Source: Macrostomum lignano | Lineage: Eukaryota | Direction: 5' to 3' | Length of the DNA stretch: 64,000 bases | Assembly: GCA_002269645.1 (NCBI GenBank) | Contig: NIVC01000841.1 | Location: forward strand, 370,946 to 434,945 | Shown here: piece by piece, positions 53,097-64,000 of the stretch | Layout of the letters: the number at the start of each line of letters is the position of its first letter | Numbering within the stretch: the first letter of the stretch is position 1 | Program-made: the position numbers and the translations under genes | Notes under the pieces: model-generated | Database searches by the model: none | What the model saw: the letters and a program-made list of their open reading frames with translations, nothing else | Told to the model about the DNA's origin: nothing

Positions 53097-53405
53097 CTAG
53101 ATAGGCGTTGAATTTGCATTGGCTCTGACACCCACCTTACCTCCAAAATCAACCACTTTCTGCACGATACGTAGTAATCCTTGCTGTAGGTGCACTCCAA
53201 GACTGCTCAGCTCAGAATGGGCTGGTTGGATAATCCCATAGTGCCACAGAACTCTCCCTGGCTTCACATCAAACAGATTATCCCTGTACTGTATCAGATG
53301 CTTTACGAATGTTGTTTTTCCTGCATTCGTGGGGCCGCACACAATCATGCAGCTTCCTTGCCGCAGGCGGATATCATAACATCTTCTACTCACAGTTGAT
53401 TCCAT
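53097..53405 (-). pseudogene. Maverick module B: packaging ATPase, N-terminal part only
   Basis: YDIRLRQGSCMIVCGPTNAGKTTFVKHLI..KPGRVLWHYG..QP; Walker B missing. Confidence 0.88.
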
Positions 53406-53473
53406 CTCTAAACCGAGTTAAGTAAAAAAAATCACGATACTGTTCTTTTTCTTAAGCTATCTTCAAACTCCCA

Positions 53474-53800
53474 CTACATTCTGTCATTCAGATGACTTTT
53501 TTCCTTTGCATGCAGATGCCACAGAATGCACCGAAACGACCGCTTGAATCGAAACTTCTGATAGACAAAATAGAGACAAAACAGACCGCAGTTAACAGAG
53601 TTGCAGCTCTGAATTCGATTCAAATTACAACGCATATGAATTGGGGAATTCCAAACTTCTTTGAGGGTTGTATGTATTACCCCTAAAGTCTTTAGATCCC
53701 AGCCGAGAGAAATAAAAATATCGATTGAGTTTCCTTCACCAACATAGCAAACTACCCAGTGACCGAAGGACACGTTATGTTGTAGCAAGAAGAAAATAAA
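53474..53800 (-). pseudogene. Maverick module B: adenain-like cysteine protease, N-terminus eroded
   Basis: GHWVVCY..IFISLG (Asp replaced)..IQSCNSVNCGLFCLYF. Confidence 0.85.
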
Positions 53801-53819
53801 GTAAATTTACTTTTATATG

Positions 53820-54608
53820 CATCATCTTTCAGATTTGCGAAGATTCAGAACGCATTGGGAAATTTCCATGCGCTAGTCTGTGGTGTTTTCAGCCGGGGTT
53901 CTGATGGAAAATGCAGCATCGCTCGGTAGCAACTTGACATGTAGGTGCAGATTGTTCAACAGAAACACTGGGCACTGAAAGATGTCGCTGAGCAGCGGAC
54001 CCGCATACTCCACCCATCGGGACTCCCTGTGGCTCTCCAGGTGCGACTCAGCAGCTGAGTCGGGTTGTAGGAATCCCGCAGGGTAGAACTTTAGGTGCTG
54101 TGCATCGGATGAACTCATCAGAGCTTTGAAGTAGGCATAGTAGGGATAGAGTTGGTCTCCCCCAGACACAACTCGCTGGTTGATGCTGACGATTACATCA
54201 GAGAAGGCCGAAGATAGCACAAAGTTTTCGGGGTATACATCACTGTCTCTGCGTTCGGTAACAACTCCATCATCGTCTGGAACATCCTCTCTCAACTCCA
54301 ATACCATCTCGAACATCCTCTCTCAACTCCATCACCATCTCGAACATCCTCTCTCAACTCCATCACCATCTCGAACATCCTCTCTCAACAAACCTCCACC
54401 CCCGTCGGACAAGGCGACAGCGAATGTATAGAAAAGAATTAAGCAGATCAGTGTATTCGTCAGCTGATGGATGGCAGTCAAATTCAATGGGAGAGTTTGC
54501 AGCAATGGAGTTCACAGGGTGGATATCAACATATGAGGACTTTTCAATAGCAGTCTGTAATTCGGGAGTTTTAAACTAATTGAGTCGAGGGCTGTATCCA
54601 TAAGCCAT
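53820..54608 (-). pseudogene. Maverick module B: major capsid protein, N-terminal half; C-terminal half deleted; 4x31-bp duplication at 54280-54389
   Basis: FKTPELQTAIEKSSYVDIHPVNS..PIEF..EYTDLLNSFLYIRCRL; VYPENFVLSSAFSDVIVSINQRVVS..LYPYYAYF; GPLLSDIF..LLNNLHLHVKL. Confidence 0.85.
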
Positions 54609-54636
54609 GTTCAAGATAGGGAATCCAAAACACGAT

Positions 54637-54990
54637 TCACTTTTTTCTGCTTGCTTTTTGTTTTCCCTTAGCTAACTTCTCACTTTTTGTTTTGGTTAGC
54701 CTTTTCTTAAGTTTCTTTCGGCTACCCGCATCAGTTTGCTTTTTTGATGTTCTCTTTCTACCACTTCGCCCAACTATCTTCCGTGTCTTATTCTTTTTAC
54801 TACGATTTTTCGGTGCTTGTTTTTTTCTGCTGCTTGATTGAGCTGACTTGGCTGTTAAAATTGACGATGGTGTAGTTGACGGCGGGGGCTGGTATGTTGC
54901 AATTCCTGGGAAACTCCCGCACCCATGCAGTGTGGGCTTTTCGCTGGCCCCTGAATACTGTCGAATCAGCTGTTGATGGTTCATTGAAGG
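54637..54990 (-). CDS. Maverick module B: highly basic protamine-like core protein candidate
   Basis: C-terminal half about 40% K/R; LHGCG site; same position (penton-core-MCP) as in module A. Confidence 0.6.
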   Translation of the reverse strand, partial: PSMNHQQLIRQYSGASEKPTLHGCGSFPGIATYQPPPSTTPSSILTAKSAQSSSRKKQAPKNRSKKNKTRKIVGRSGRKRTSKKQTDAGSRKKLKKRLTKTKSEKLAKGKQKASRKK

Positions 54991-55670
54991 CATTTCTCTC
55001 GAATCTGGATGGTAAGCAAAACAGGACTGCAACACTGCGAGGTCAGTGGACAGCCAAATATATCAAGAAGCTGAATACGAATGTTGTGTAAGATATAATC
55101 ATTTTCTTAAACACTTTGCTCACGTAGCTACCCCATTGGATTTCAGAACCCATCCCAACAGTCCGCAGCAGAGAGTTCCTGTTGCAGTTACTTGGCTCGA
55201 TAATGCTGCAGTGAATGTTAATTAGATCCGTGGATGAGCAGCCAATGCATTGGCTTGACTCATGGCGTCCGGGTTGGATTTTCAAATTTCAAATTTTATG
55301 CCGAAATCTTTATTGCTGCGTCCCATAAGACCGGACTCATCAGCCTCCATATTTCGGTATCCCTGTCACTCATTGCATCAAAGAACAGCGAATCAGAGTT
55401 GGCCAGCAGCTCATTCAGGCGTTCCAGCAGGTCTTTCACTCTAGCAAAGCGTCCGGGTTGAAGAACCAGGGCCTCATGCTCTCTTCCATCTGAGACAGTG
55501 AAGCAGTAAGGCTCGTCAACATTGAACCATGCAGCAGGTGGGTGGATTTCAGCCAGACCTGCCTCATAGTCCACATTTCGATCCAAGTGAATAGGTGAAG
55601 GCAGGTGAAGATTAAAGTCACTAGGAGTACCTTCTGCATTTTCACTGCTGATGAAAATATTTCTCGTATT
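54975..55670 (-). pseudogene. Maverick module B: penton/minor capsid protein, frameshifted
   Basis: NIFISSEN..TPSDFNLHLPSPIHLD..YEAGLAEIHPPAAWFNV; DLINIHCSIIEP..SLLRTV; IRIQLLDIFG..VLLTIQIR. Confidence 0.82.
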
Positions 55671-55699
55671 ACAGGCTAGCTGTTGTAGCTCGTAGCTTA

Positions 55700-56772
55700 C
55701 TTGCACCGACGCCTTTCTTAAGTCCTTCTCATCCACCCAGCCAGTCGAGTCGTAGCCAGCCCACTTGACTAGGTAGCGAATTTTCCACCTCGCTTCTCAG
55801 TCTTTATTACCTTCTCAATCACATACAGTCTCTGCGAGTCTGGTACTGCCTGCAGCTCGTGCTCGTGAAACAGGCCTTGGATCTCTTCTCCCTTCATGTT
55901 TCGTATCCTGTACATGTAACGATAATGCTTTGGAGCCCTGCCTACCACAGAGTACACCTCTTCACTCAACTTGGCTTTGAACTCCTTCCTGAACAGCCAG
56001 GGTGCGTTGGAAATTCTCGCTGCCTGATTTTCTCGGAATTTTGCTTCCCGGACTTCATCTAAGGTTTCTATTGCCTTCCCATCATACAAATTCATCAACA
56101 CTTTTGATTCGTTTTGCTTGCTAACATTTTTCGGTGCCATTTCGATGCTTCTGTGATAAGTGTCGTTGTATGACTTGACTAATTTTGGCAGCACATCAAC
56201 CCAATGTAGAGTGCTTTTGTGAGTAAAGAATCGCCACGTTTTATTTTTTAAGGTTCGATTCCATCTTTCCAAGATGGCTGCCTTCTGCTCACTGTTAGTT
56301 TTGAATGCCAAAATTCCATGGTCAATGCAACTTTGACGAAAGCTCGAATTGACAAATTCCTTTCCCTGATCTGAGCGAATTTTTTGCGGCCTGCGCTTTG
56401 TGCTTTTCAGAAAGCCTTCGAAAGCGGATTTAACTTTCTACTGCTGATTTAGATTTTAGTGCTTTGGCCCAGGCGAACTTTGACAGTATATCAATGCATG
56501 TGAGGATATACTTGTATCCATGGTTGTACTTAGCGAATGGAATCATCTCAACCAGATCCAGCTCCCATTGATCATCCATGGCTCTGACTACAATCGGTGC
56601 TCTGGGATAGTTTCTCCTTGCGGGTTTGTGTAGTGTAAACCACTTGATCATTTAGCCAATTCTTCACACTCTTTTCATTGACTTTGACGCCTCTCTCTCG
56701 AGCTTCATACAGAACTTTATTGCAGCCAGAAAAACTAGCCGCATGCTCTGGACTAAGGAATATTTTTTTCAT
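55700..56772 (-). pseudogene. Maverick module B: retroviral-type (rve) integrase with C-terminal chromodomain, about 3 frameshifts
   Basis: ASFSGCNK, TLHKPARRNY, DDE triad WELDL / IRSDQGKEF / ILERWNRTLK, YNDTYHRSI.MAP, EEVY.V, IQGLFHEHELQ, VIEKVI, IRYLVKWAGYD..WV. Confidence 0.92.
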
Positions 56773-57119
56773 TGAGCAACAAAATTATCTCAGCTAAAGC
56801 ACATTTTTCTTAAGCACTAGTCTAGCTTTTAAGAACTGTGTATTTCAATTTAATAAAGTATAAACTAGCCTGAAAATGAAATAATTTTTTTAAATTCACA
56901 AGACAAAATAATGCATTTTATTAAAACACAAAACCATTATCATCATCATAAACCCCAATTTTTTAACTGAAAATACTCGTAATTTATTTTCTCTGGATAA
57001 ATACAGTATGTAATAGACGAGTAAATTTTTAAACCAAGTAAGCCGTGTTAAATAGACAATGCTAACACCTCCACCAACACAAAAATACGAGCAATTACTG
57101 TTAAATCGTTTTTTAGTTT

Positions 57120-57419
57120 TTACTCCTCATCAGAGTCCAGCTTCGGCAACTTCACTGCATCCTGCCGGCGCAGAGGCCAAGGAAGCTTCCGCTTGCTGCT
57201 ACCACCGCTGTTGTCGCTGCCAGTACCCTGTAGACCGGTAGCCGCACGGATCTGATACCAAATCGGATCCTGCCTCAGGTCGCTATCTTGCGGAGGAATG
57301 CGCCCGATGGATGATGATGATGCCGCAGGTGAAGACCTCTCACTTGCAGCAATGAGCAGTGCTTGATGCAGACGCAGCTTTTCATACAAATTCGAAATCG
57401 TCTTTGCCTTCGGTGGCAA
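57120..57419 (-). CDS. Small unknown ORF upstream of the integrase (TTG start; true start unclear)
   Basis: 99-aa ORF in the same orientation as all Maverick genes; no recognisable motif. Confidence 0.35.
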   Translation of the reverse strand: MPPKAKTISNLYEKLRLHQALLIAASERSSPAASSSSIGRIPPQDSDLRQDPIWYQIRAATGLQGTGSDNSGGSSKRKLPWPLRRQDAVKLPKLDSDEE

Positions 57420-57560
57420 AGACGATTCGAGAATGTACGAGATGTCGTTTGAGCTGCTTCAGTTTCTCCCATTGGTAGAGATTCAAATTGAAGCCAGGGA
57501 TGCCGGGCTTCAAGCCTCCTTCAGTTGGACAAAAAACGCCGAATAGCGAAGAAGCGATGC
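57382..57560 (-). pseudogene. PC4 (p15/Sub1)-like ssDNA-binding domain remnant
   Basis: FAIRRF (frameshift) ..EGGLKPGIPGFNLNLYQWEKLKQL, compared with the PC4 pattern IDIRE.Y..G..KPG.KGISL..EQW..LK. Confidence 0.6.
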
Positions 57561-57630
57561 CTTAAGAGTTATTTAGATATTGATCAGAATAGCTGAAGTC
57601 GTTTAGCTAAGCATCAGAGAAACTGGCCCC

Positions 57631-57638
57631 CTTATATA
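57631..57638 (-). promoter_or_regulatory. TATA box (TATATAAG) heading the minus-strand Maverick gene train
   Basis: About 70 bp upstream of the PC4-like remnant. Confidence 0.5.
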
Positions 57639-57819
57639 TTATCGGAGAGGAGTGGCGTAGGTGTTTGATATAGCTGCTTGTTGGAACTATGGTATTAGAT
57701 TAATGTAGAACCCTGATCAGTTTATTCTTTTCAATGCAAACACGTAAGTTAAAGCAGTTATCCTGATACTCTGTTTAATTGTCACACTCTTTGTTTCATT
57801 ATCTTATTAAAGGTAATGC

Positions 57820-58400
57820 ATTCATTATCTAACGATTTTGTCTCATATCATAGTCCAAATTTAAGAATTCATTATCTAACGATTTTGTCTCATATCATAG
57901 TCCAAATTTAAGAATTCATTATCTAACGATTTTGTCTCATATCATAGTCCAAATTTAAGAATTCATTATCTAACGATTTTGTCTCATATCATAGTCCAAA
58001 TTTAAGAATTCATTATCAAACGATTTTGTCTCATATCATAGTCCAAATTTAAGAATTCATTATCTAACGATTTTGTCTCATATCATAGTCCAAATTTAAG
58101 CATTCATTATCTAACGATTTTGTCTCATATCATAGTCCAAATTTAAGCATTCATTATCTAACGATTTTGTCTCATATCATAGTCCAAATTTAAGAATTCA
58201 TTATCTAACGATTTTGTCTCATATCATAGTCCAAATTTAAGAATTCATTATCAAACGATTTTGTCTCATATCATAGTCCAAATTTAAGAATTCATTATCT
58301 AACGATTTTGTCTCATATCATAGTCCAAATTTAAGAATTCATTATCTAACGATTTTGTCTCATATCATAGTCCAAATTTAAGAATTCACTATCAAACGTT
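57820..58400. repeat. 47-bp tandem array (ATTCATTATCTAACGATTTTGTCTCATATCATAGTCCAAATTTAAGA)n
   Basis: About 12 near-identical copies. Confidence 0.97.
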
Positions 58401-58463
58401 TGATAATGACAGATTAATTATTCAACACACTTTTACTGCGAAATCATGTGACAAAAATATTAT

Positions 58464-58551
58464 GTATACGGTTTCAGAGGTAGATAATGATCAAAGTCAC
58501 TCGTAACTCGCCACTCGTGACAATTGATCATTATCTCTGAAACCGTGTATA
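58464..58551. other. About 85-nt near-perfect inverted repeat / hairpin
   Basis: ACGGTTTCAGAG/CTCTGAAACCGT, GATAATGATCAA/TTGATCATTATC and GTCAC/GTGAC stems around a short loop. Confidence 0.85.
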
Positions 58552-59003
58552 TAACTAACCATTATGATAATCTTTATCAATCAAAACAAAGCACACATAT
58601 GGTAAACAGTTAACCACCAACAAACTAGCAAATTCGGCAGGGTGCTGCTAATCTTCAACCTGACCAACTCACTCGCACAGTACATTGCGCGCTGGGCCTC
58701 TCCAATTTCTCCAGTTCAACCGACCCCACGCTCTGCCTTGCATGCATCCCTACCCCGATCGCCCCGTACGCTCGCTCTCCTATCTCCGCACTGTTCGGCA
58801 GTGTTCTGATAACCAATACTAATGGCGCTTTTCAAAAAAATATGCATCGCTTAAGCAATGAAATATTTCGTTGTGATATTGAATAAATCTATAAGTGTAA
58901 AGTCGTTACAAATTTGTGATATATAAAGGTGATAAATAAATTGGCTAAATTGTTTAAAACAGACGAAGTACCACAGCACGAAATTAGCGGCATTGCAAAG
59001 AAA

Positions 59004-61375
59004 ATGTTAGCTCGACTGTTTCTAATTCTTGTGGCTGCAACAGCGCTGACGCTGGCCAGCCAGGGAATGCCTCGCTTTGACTACTCAACGTCAAGAAAGA
59101 TCATGCTGACCTGGGATGATCACTGGGAGGTGGGCGGTTCTAACATGCTCGCCATCCTTAGCAAAGACAAGAAGATCATCATTCGAGTGAAGGTTTCCGG
59201 TGACACTGGTGGCGGTATGAAGCGAATGCTCTTCTACAAGTGTCCAAAAAACTCTGCAGAAGAAAGCATCGATCTCAGCTCACTGGCCACCACATCGACC
59301 ACAGACAGGTGCTCGAGCACCATCTCCTTCCAGGTGTCGGCACTAAAATCGGTAGACGACACGGACTTCCAGCTTACGATGGGGTCTTCAAAGCTGAGCT
59401 ACACAGAGGTGTTCCGAGAGCGCATCGAGTTCTTTATAAAAATTGAATATGCGACTGGAGAATTAGTGTCCAACCGGCTGTTTGTCTGGAGTTTGGACGC
59501 AATCAGCAGCTTCAGCTCGGCATCAACGAGCACCTCTTACAAAAAGAGGTTCCTAACCGATGCAGCCGTGAATTACATGAAAAAAACGTCCACGGCTACC
59601 TCTGGATTCGACAGTATACAGTTTCTAGAGCCGGCAATCAGCCGAGTTCTCAAGGAGGCTCCCGACTTTTTCAAGGCAAAGATGAACCTCGGCTCAATTC
59701 TGTACTTTGATGCTGGCTCCTGCTTGACATTCCAAATGGGAAAGTCCATCATGTTTGTGAACTATAATTCCAAGCTCGATGACGACAACCAGAATTTCCA
59801 AAAGCTCATGAAACTAAACATTGATGATGGAAAGCTGTGGTACTCTGCTTGCGGACTCAGAAATGAAGTCAAACGATTTTATGATGAGAAAAAGCCTGCA
59901 ACATCTATTGGAATCTGTTCGATTGTGTCGTTCTCAGGTGAAGTTGAACCGTACCAAAACACCGAAGCAGTGGAGCAGCGAGTTCCAATTAGCGATACCT
60001 CCTACTCCACCTGTGTCTCGTCTGACAAGGCCTGCGAAGTGGTCCCTGGCATCAGTCCGAACGTGACTATCTTGTCTGGCATGGATTTTACAGCCATCGT
60101 GTGCCCGATCATCTGCAACGATAAAACGGAGGTGTTTCGCTTCTACCGCAACGACGTTCAGATGGTCGGGTCTGGAGATGAATGGACCTACGTGGACGGC
60201 TTACGAATTTCTAGGACAGGGAACATTGTCGAGTTTCCGCACACACTGAGTAACCGTCACTCAGGTGTCTACAGGTGCGAAGCCGGGTCAAAGAGCTTCA
60301 GCTTCAAAGTGAAGGTAATCTCTCTTCCGCAGTTCCAGACTGAGACCTTCGTCTCCGACAGTCACGCCAAGATTACAGGTCTGTTGCCACCAAAAGTGTA
60401 CGCCATCGAAAAAGAGTACGTTTCCTACAGCTGCATCGTAAACTTTGCCAGTCTGGAAACCGTCAAGATCGAGCCAGTGTTCTATTTTGTAGAGACGGTC
60501 GGAGGGTCCCAATCTTGGACAAAGATGACCCTTGACGAGTTCCGATCCAAGGTCAACACAGATGGTTCCAACTTCTTCCTGAACGCGACTTCGGCAGGAA
60601 AAGACTCAAAGCGCTTGACTGCTACGGTTCGCCGTGTTCCGCCAGTGTACACAACGTACGGCACAAACTTCTCTCACAGATTTGTGTGCGACGTGTCCAT
60701 CGATCGCTCCGAGTCTATGATGGTCGGAATGCCGACCTACAAAGTTCAGAGCGGCGGTGACGTCGTGTTCATTCCGAGACTCACTCGCAAACAGTTCGTG
60801 CTCAACCCGAACAACAACTGCTCAGTGCAGGGCTGCGGATTCAGCAAGGGTGCGTTTTTCGAGTTCAGTCTCACGGACGAGTTCATGGCCTACCTGACGA
60901 GAGTCGGAGTGGATGTCGAATCCTACCTTCGACTGGACAATGACCTGCTCGACAATGTCAAGATTCTGTTCAACAACGCGTCGGAGATCTCGACGACGAA
61001 TGCGCCGCAGCGACTCGCTTACAAAATCTACCCGTGAGCAGCCCGGATGTGGCGAAGGAGCTCGTGAAGAGGAAGCGACTCATTCCGGTGTACAACTTCC
61101 GCTATCGGACTGGCTCGAACATCGCCAACCTGAAGCTGGACAAGGAGCGTCACGGAGAACCGATCGCCGCGCTGGGTCAGTCGGACTGTCGGCAGGACAG
61201 CCTGTGCTTCTACTCGACCGACTTCGACATCGGATCATCCTTGTCGTTCCTTCCAGTGTCGCTCACATTCACAATGCCGGAAGCCGCGTCTTCGTTGAAA
61301 TCCGCTGCCAGCGAGGTTGCCGTATTCGCTATGGCCATGTTTGCCTTTCTCTCTGAGAAAGTCTGCAACTCTTAA
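59004..61375 (+). CDS. Intronless secreted or membrane-anchored Ig-domain protein, about 790 aa if one frameshift at about 61030 is corrected
   Basis: Signal peptide MLARLFLILVAATALTLASQG; Ig-like C..FYRN..HSGVYRCEAG..VKV..P; ORF 61034-61375 overlaps the stop in another frame and ends in a small-residue then hydrophobic tail. Confidence 0.75.
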
Positions 61376-62347
61376 AGAAACTCTGACAAAGCAGTAAAAC
61401 TCTATAATTTTGTTTATACGACTTATCATGACGGGTTGAAATATTTTACTGCACTTTGTCCAGTAATCAAATCAAAATTTCTTTTGACGATTTTCTAAAA
61501 TTGTATCTAATGTACAACTCGATTTGCAGAACTATATGGTGAAACATTCTTTTAGATTTTATTATATAGCTATTCAATGCAAGTTGAATACTCGTTTGAG
61601 TACCGAAGCTGTGTCGTAGCGATCGTGTGTTTAATTGAATTTGATAAATTGTAAACAATGTTTTATATTAAACTTATTCACGTATGCAAAATTCTGACGC
61701 ATAATAGCTAATCCCCTGCATTAAAAAATCGTTTTTATTCAATCTCTTTAACGACATGTGTGATTAAATTTTAAAACAACCACTTTTTAAACGGAAATAT
61801 ACTCTAATATTTTTACTGTTAGTAGTGCAAAAATTACTTTAGCACTGTTTCTTACTGTTTCAACTCATATATAGCTAGCCAATTAGTTAATGACGCAAGT
61901 TTAATTTTGCGTCTCTAAATGATCGCTATTGGTTCTTTGGCTCTTAAATAAAGAGTGAAGAGCGTCTACTCTCGTAATTAAAATTGAAATGATTACATAT
62001 GGCTATAGCTTAAACTTTATTCCATTTTAAAGAGTTTAAAATGTAATAATATTCTCTATTTTCAGTTTAAAGTGTACACTAAAGCGACCTATTTCTCCGA
62101 TTTAACAACTGTACTGCATATGGAAAATTGGCTCCATTGAATTTAAAACAACACACGAAGAAAACAACATGCAACATTTTGCGCACGAATTGCGGGTCTC
62201 CGCGCGAGCAACCGGAACTCTTAGAATAAAGATTGTCGAGAGTTGATTCTGCGAATTTATCTGCTCGTGTTTTTTTTGAAGCTTGTACAGTATCGACAAC
62301 CTCTCCCCAGGCGTTGGCTCACCTGGCACAGAGGATGTGATACGATT

Positions 62348-62692
62348 GGTAATTCCGGTGCTGGCGCCCTGGTGCTGGCGCCCCTGGTGCTGGCGCCCCT
62401 GGTGCTGGCGCCCCTGGTGCTGGCGCCCCTGGTGCTGGCGCCCCTGGTGCTGGCGCCCCTGGTGCTGGCGCCCTGGTGCTGGCGCCCCTGGTGCTGGCGC
62501 CCCTGGTGCTGGCGCCCCTGGTGCTGGCGCCCCTGGTGCTGGCGCCCCTGGTGCTGGCGCCCCTGGTGCTGGCGCCCCTGGTGCTGGCGCCCCTGGTGCT
62601 GGCGCCCTGGTGCTGGCGCCCCTGGTGCTGGCGCCCCTGTGCTGGCGCTGGTGCTGGCGCCCCTGTGCTGGCGCCCCTGGTGCTGGCGCCCA
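62348..62692. repeat. 15-bp GC-rich tandem repeat (GGTGCTGGCGCCCCT)n
   Basis: About 23 copies. Confidence 0.97.
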
Positions 62693-64000
62693 GGTTAGGG
62701 ATCAATGAATTAACTAATCAATTATCAAATTAATCAAGTTAGCAGCTATAGTCAAATGAAATGGTGTCAATTTGTCTCCGCCACTGCACGCTGTGGAGAG
62801 TGGCTAATAATGTACATGTATGTGTCGCATTTCATTTGTGGCCATTAAGGGCAGCTGTGGATGTAAGGGCACCGTGGGATTAAGGATATGATGGGCATAG
62901 AGGCACAGGCAGAATTTTCGCCCCAATATTTAGGCCGATCGAGTTTAGTCATCTTTTATAATGGCAGACTATATACCATGTGTAGCTAGAGACAATATGC
63001 AGACATCTAGCTGTTTGCCTAGAACTGCACAAAAACAGTCTCGCGTCGAGGGTTTGTAGTTAAAACTCGTTGCTTGCACAGTGCACGCTGTTCACAGTTT
63101 TCTTCTATTGTGCTGCTGCTTTATGTAAGGTATAATAGTCGTACAGCAAGGCATGGGTAGGAGAGAGTATAGCCAAGTCTGGTTGACCAAACGAGCAATT
63201 GTCTTGCTTATATAATTAAGTACGCACAACATGCAAGCAAAGGCAATCGTCAGAAGCAGAAGCGCGGCGATGGAGATGCGAATTCTATGCTTTCGTGCGA
63301 ACTCTGCTGCTGCATGGGGTGAAAGCCGGGGAAGGTCTGAAGTAAATACAGTAGTGACTCAGCACCCAAAGACACCACCTACCTAATCAGGGACGCCAAC
63401 AGTTAGACATCTGGCAGCTCTTATTGGGGCTATGCAGCTAGCTTCACCCTACCTAAATATAGGCATCCGTACAATGTCTTTAGTTATATTTGATGAAATA
63501 TTTTGCACATGATAAAAAACGAAGCTAAAAAAGTGTTAGTGAACTCGAAGAAAACTTGCAAATTCTTCCAATGTGCTCTCAACGCAAGTGAAGAGAAGCA
63601 GCGTTTCACAAGCTCGAAACATCACACGATCAAAGTCTCTTTCCAGCTGCCTTCTGGCATTGAGATGAGGAGAATTGCCCCCCCCCCACACTTCAAATAT
63701 GCTTAATCGCAATCAGGCACTGCACTCCTCTATGGGTCTAGGGAAGTCATGCAGTGTGGTCAAAGAGCCACGGAAACGATTGCTCTACAAAATCCAGACA
63801 TTGGCGCTAATTGGCGCTACAATTTAGTTCTGGCGCTAAAATATAACTTATAAAAAACGGCATTTAAAAAATTGGTAGCAAAACAGCGAAATTAATCAAA
63901 GCTTCACTTGGGCATGGTTTGCATGGTTTGAAATTCGTCAAACCAGATTCTCTTCTGAGACCACACACTCAGACTGCACACACTCAGAGTCTCAGACTAT

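Noticed and set aside
57820-58400. Possible CRISPR array (also considered for 12218-12730)
   Set aside because: Units are contiguous with no unique spacers, no cas genes, and the context is eukaryotic
45150-58600. Protein-primed PolB and Maverick TIRs (AGT/AG-repeat termini) with 6-bp TSD
   Set aside because: Looked for but not found by eye; absence is not proven without a profile search

Overview
AT-rich, intron-containing, microsatellite-laden animal (invertebrate) genomic DNA. The style fits a free-living flatworm such as Macrostomum, but that is inference and cannot be proven from the sequence. Four zones. (1) 0.6-21.7 kb: a cluster of four small WSC-domain genes (three have a visible signal-peptide exon) built from symmetric phase-1 exons, followed by a secreted PAN/apple + F-type lectin gene. 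The zone is interrupted by an RTE-clade LINE, SINEs, MITEs and satellites. (2) 26.2-44.5 kb: a 17-exon IA-2/PTPRN pseudophosphatase gene (-) head-to-head with a 3-exon NDUFS4 gene (+). (3) 45.1-58.6 kb: two divergent, degraded Maverick/Polinton (adintovirus-like) virion modules in tandem on the - strand (packaging ATPase, cysteine protease, major capsid, basic core protein, penton). The second also carries an integrase-chromodomain and a PC4-like remnant and ends in a TATA box, a 47-bp array and a hairpin. A truncated Gypsy element separates the two modules, and no protein-primed PolB is visible. (4) 59.0-61.4 kb: a large intronless signal-peptide/Ig-domain gene with one frameshift. Exon structures were derived by hand from GT/AG sites and phase consistency; no database searches were run.
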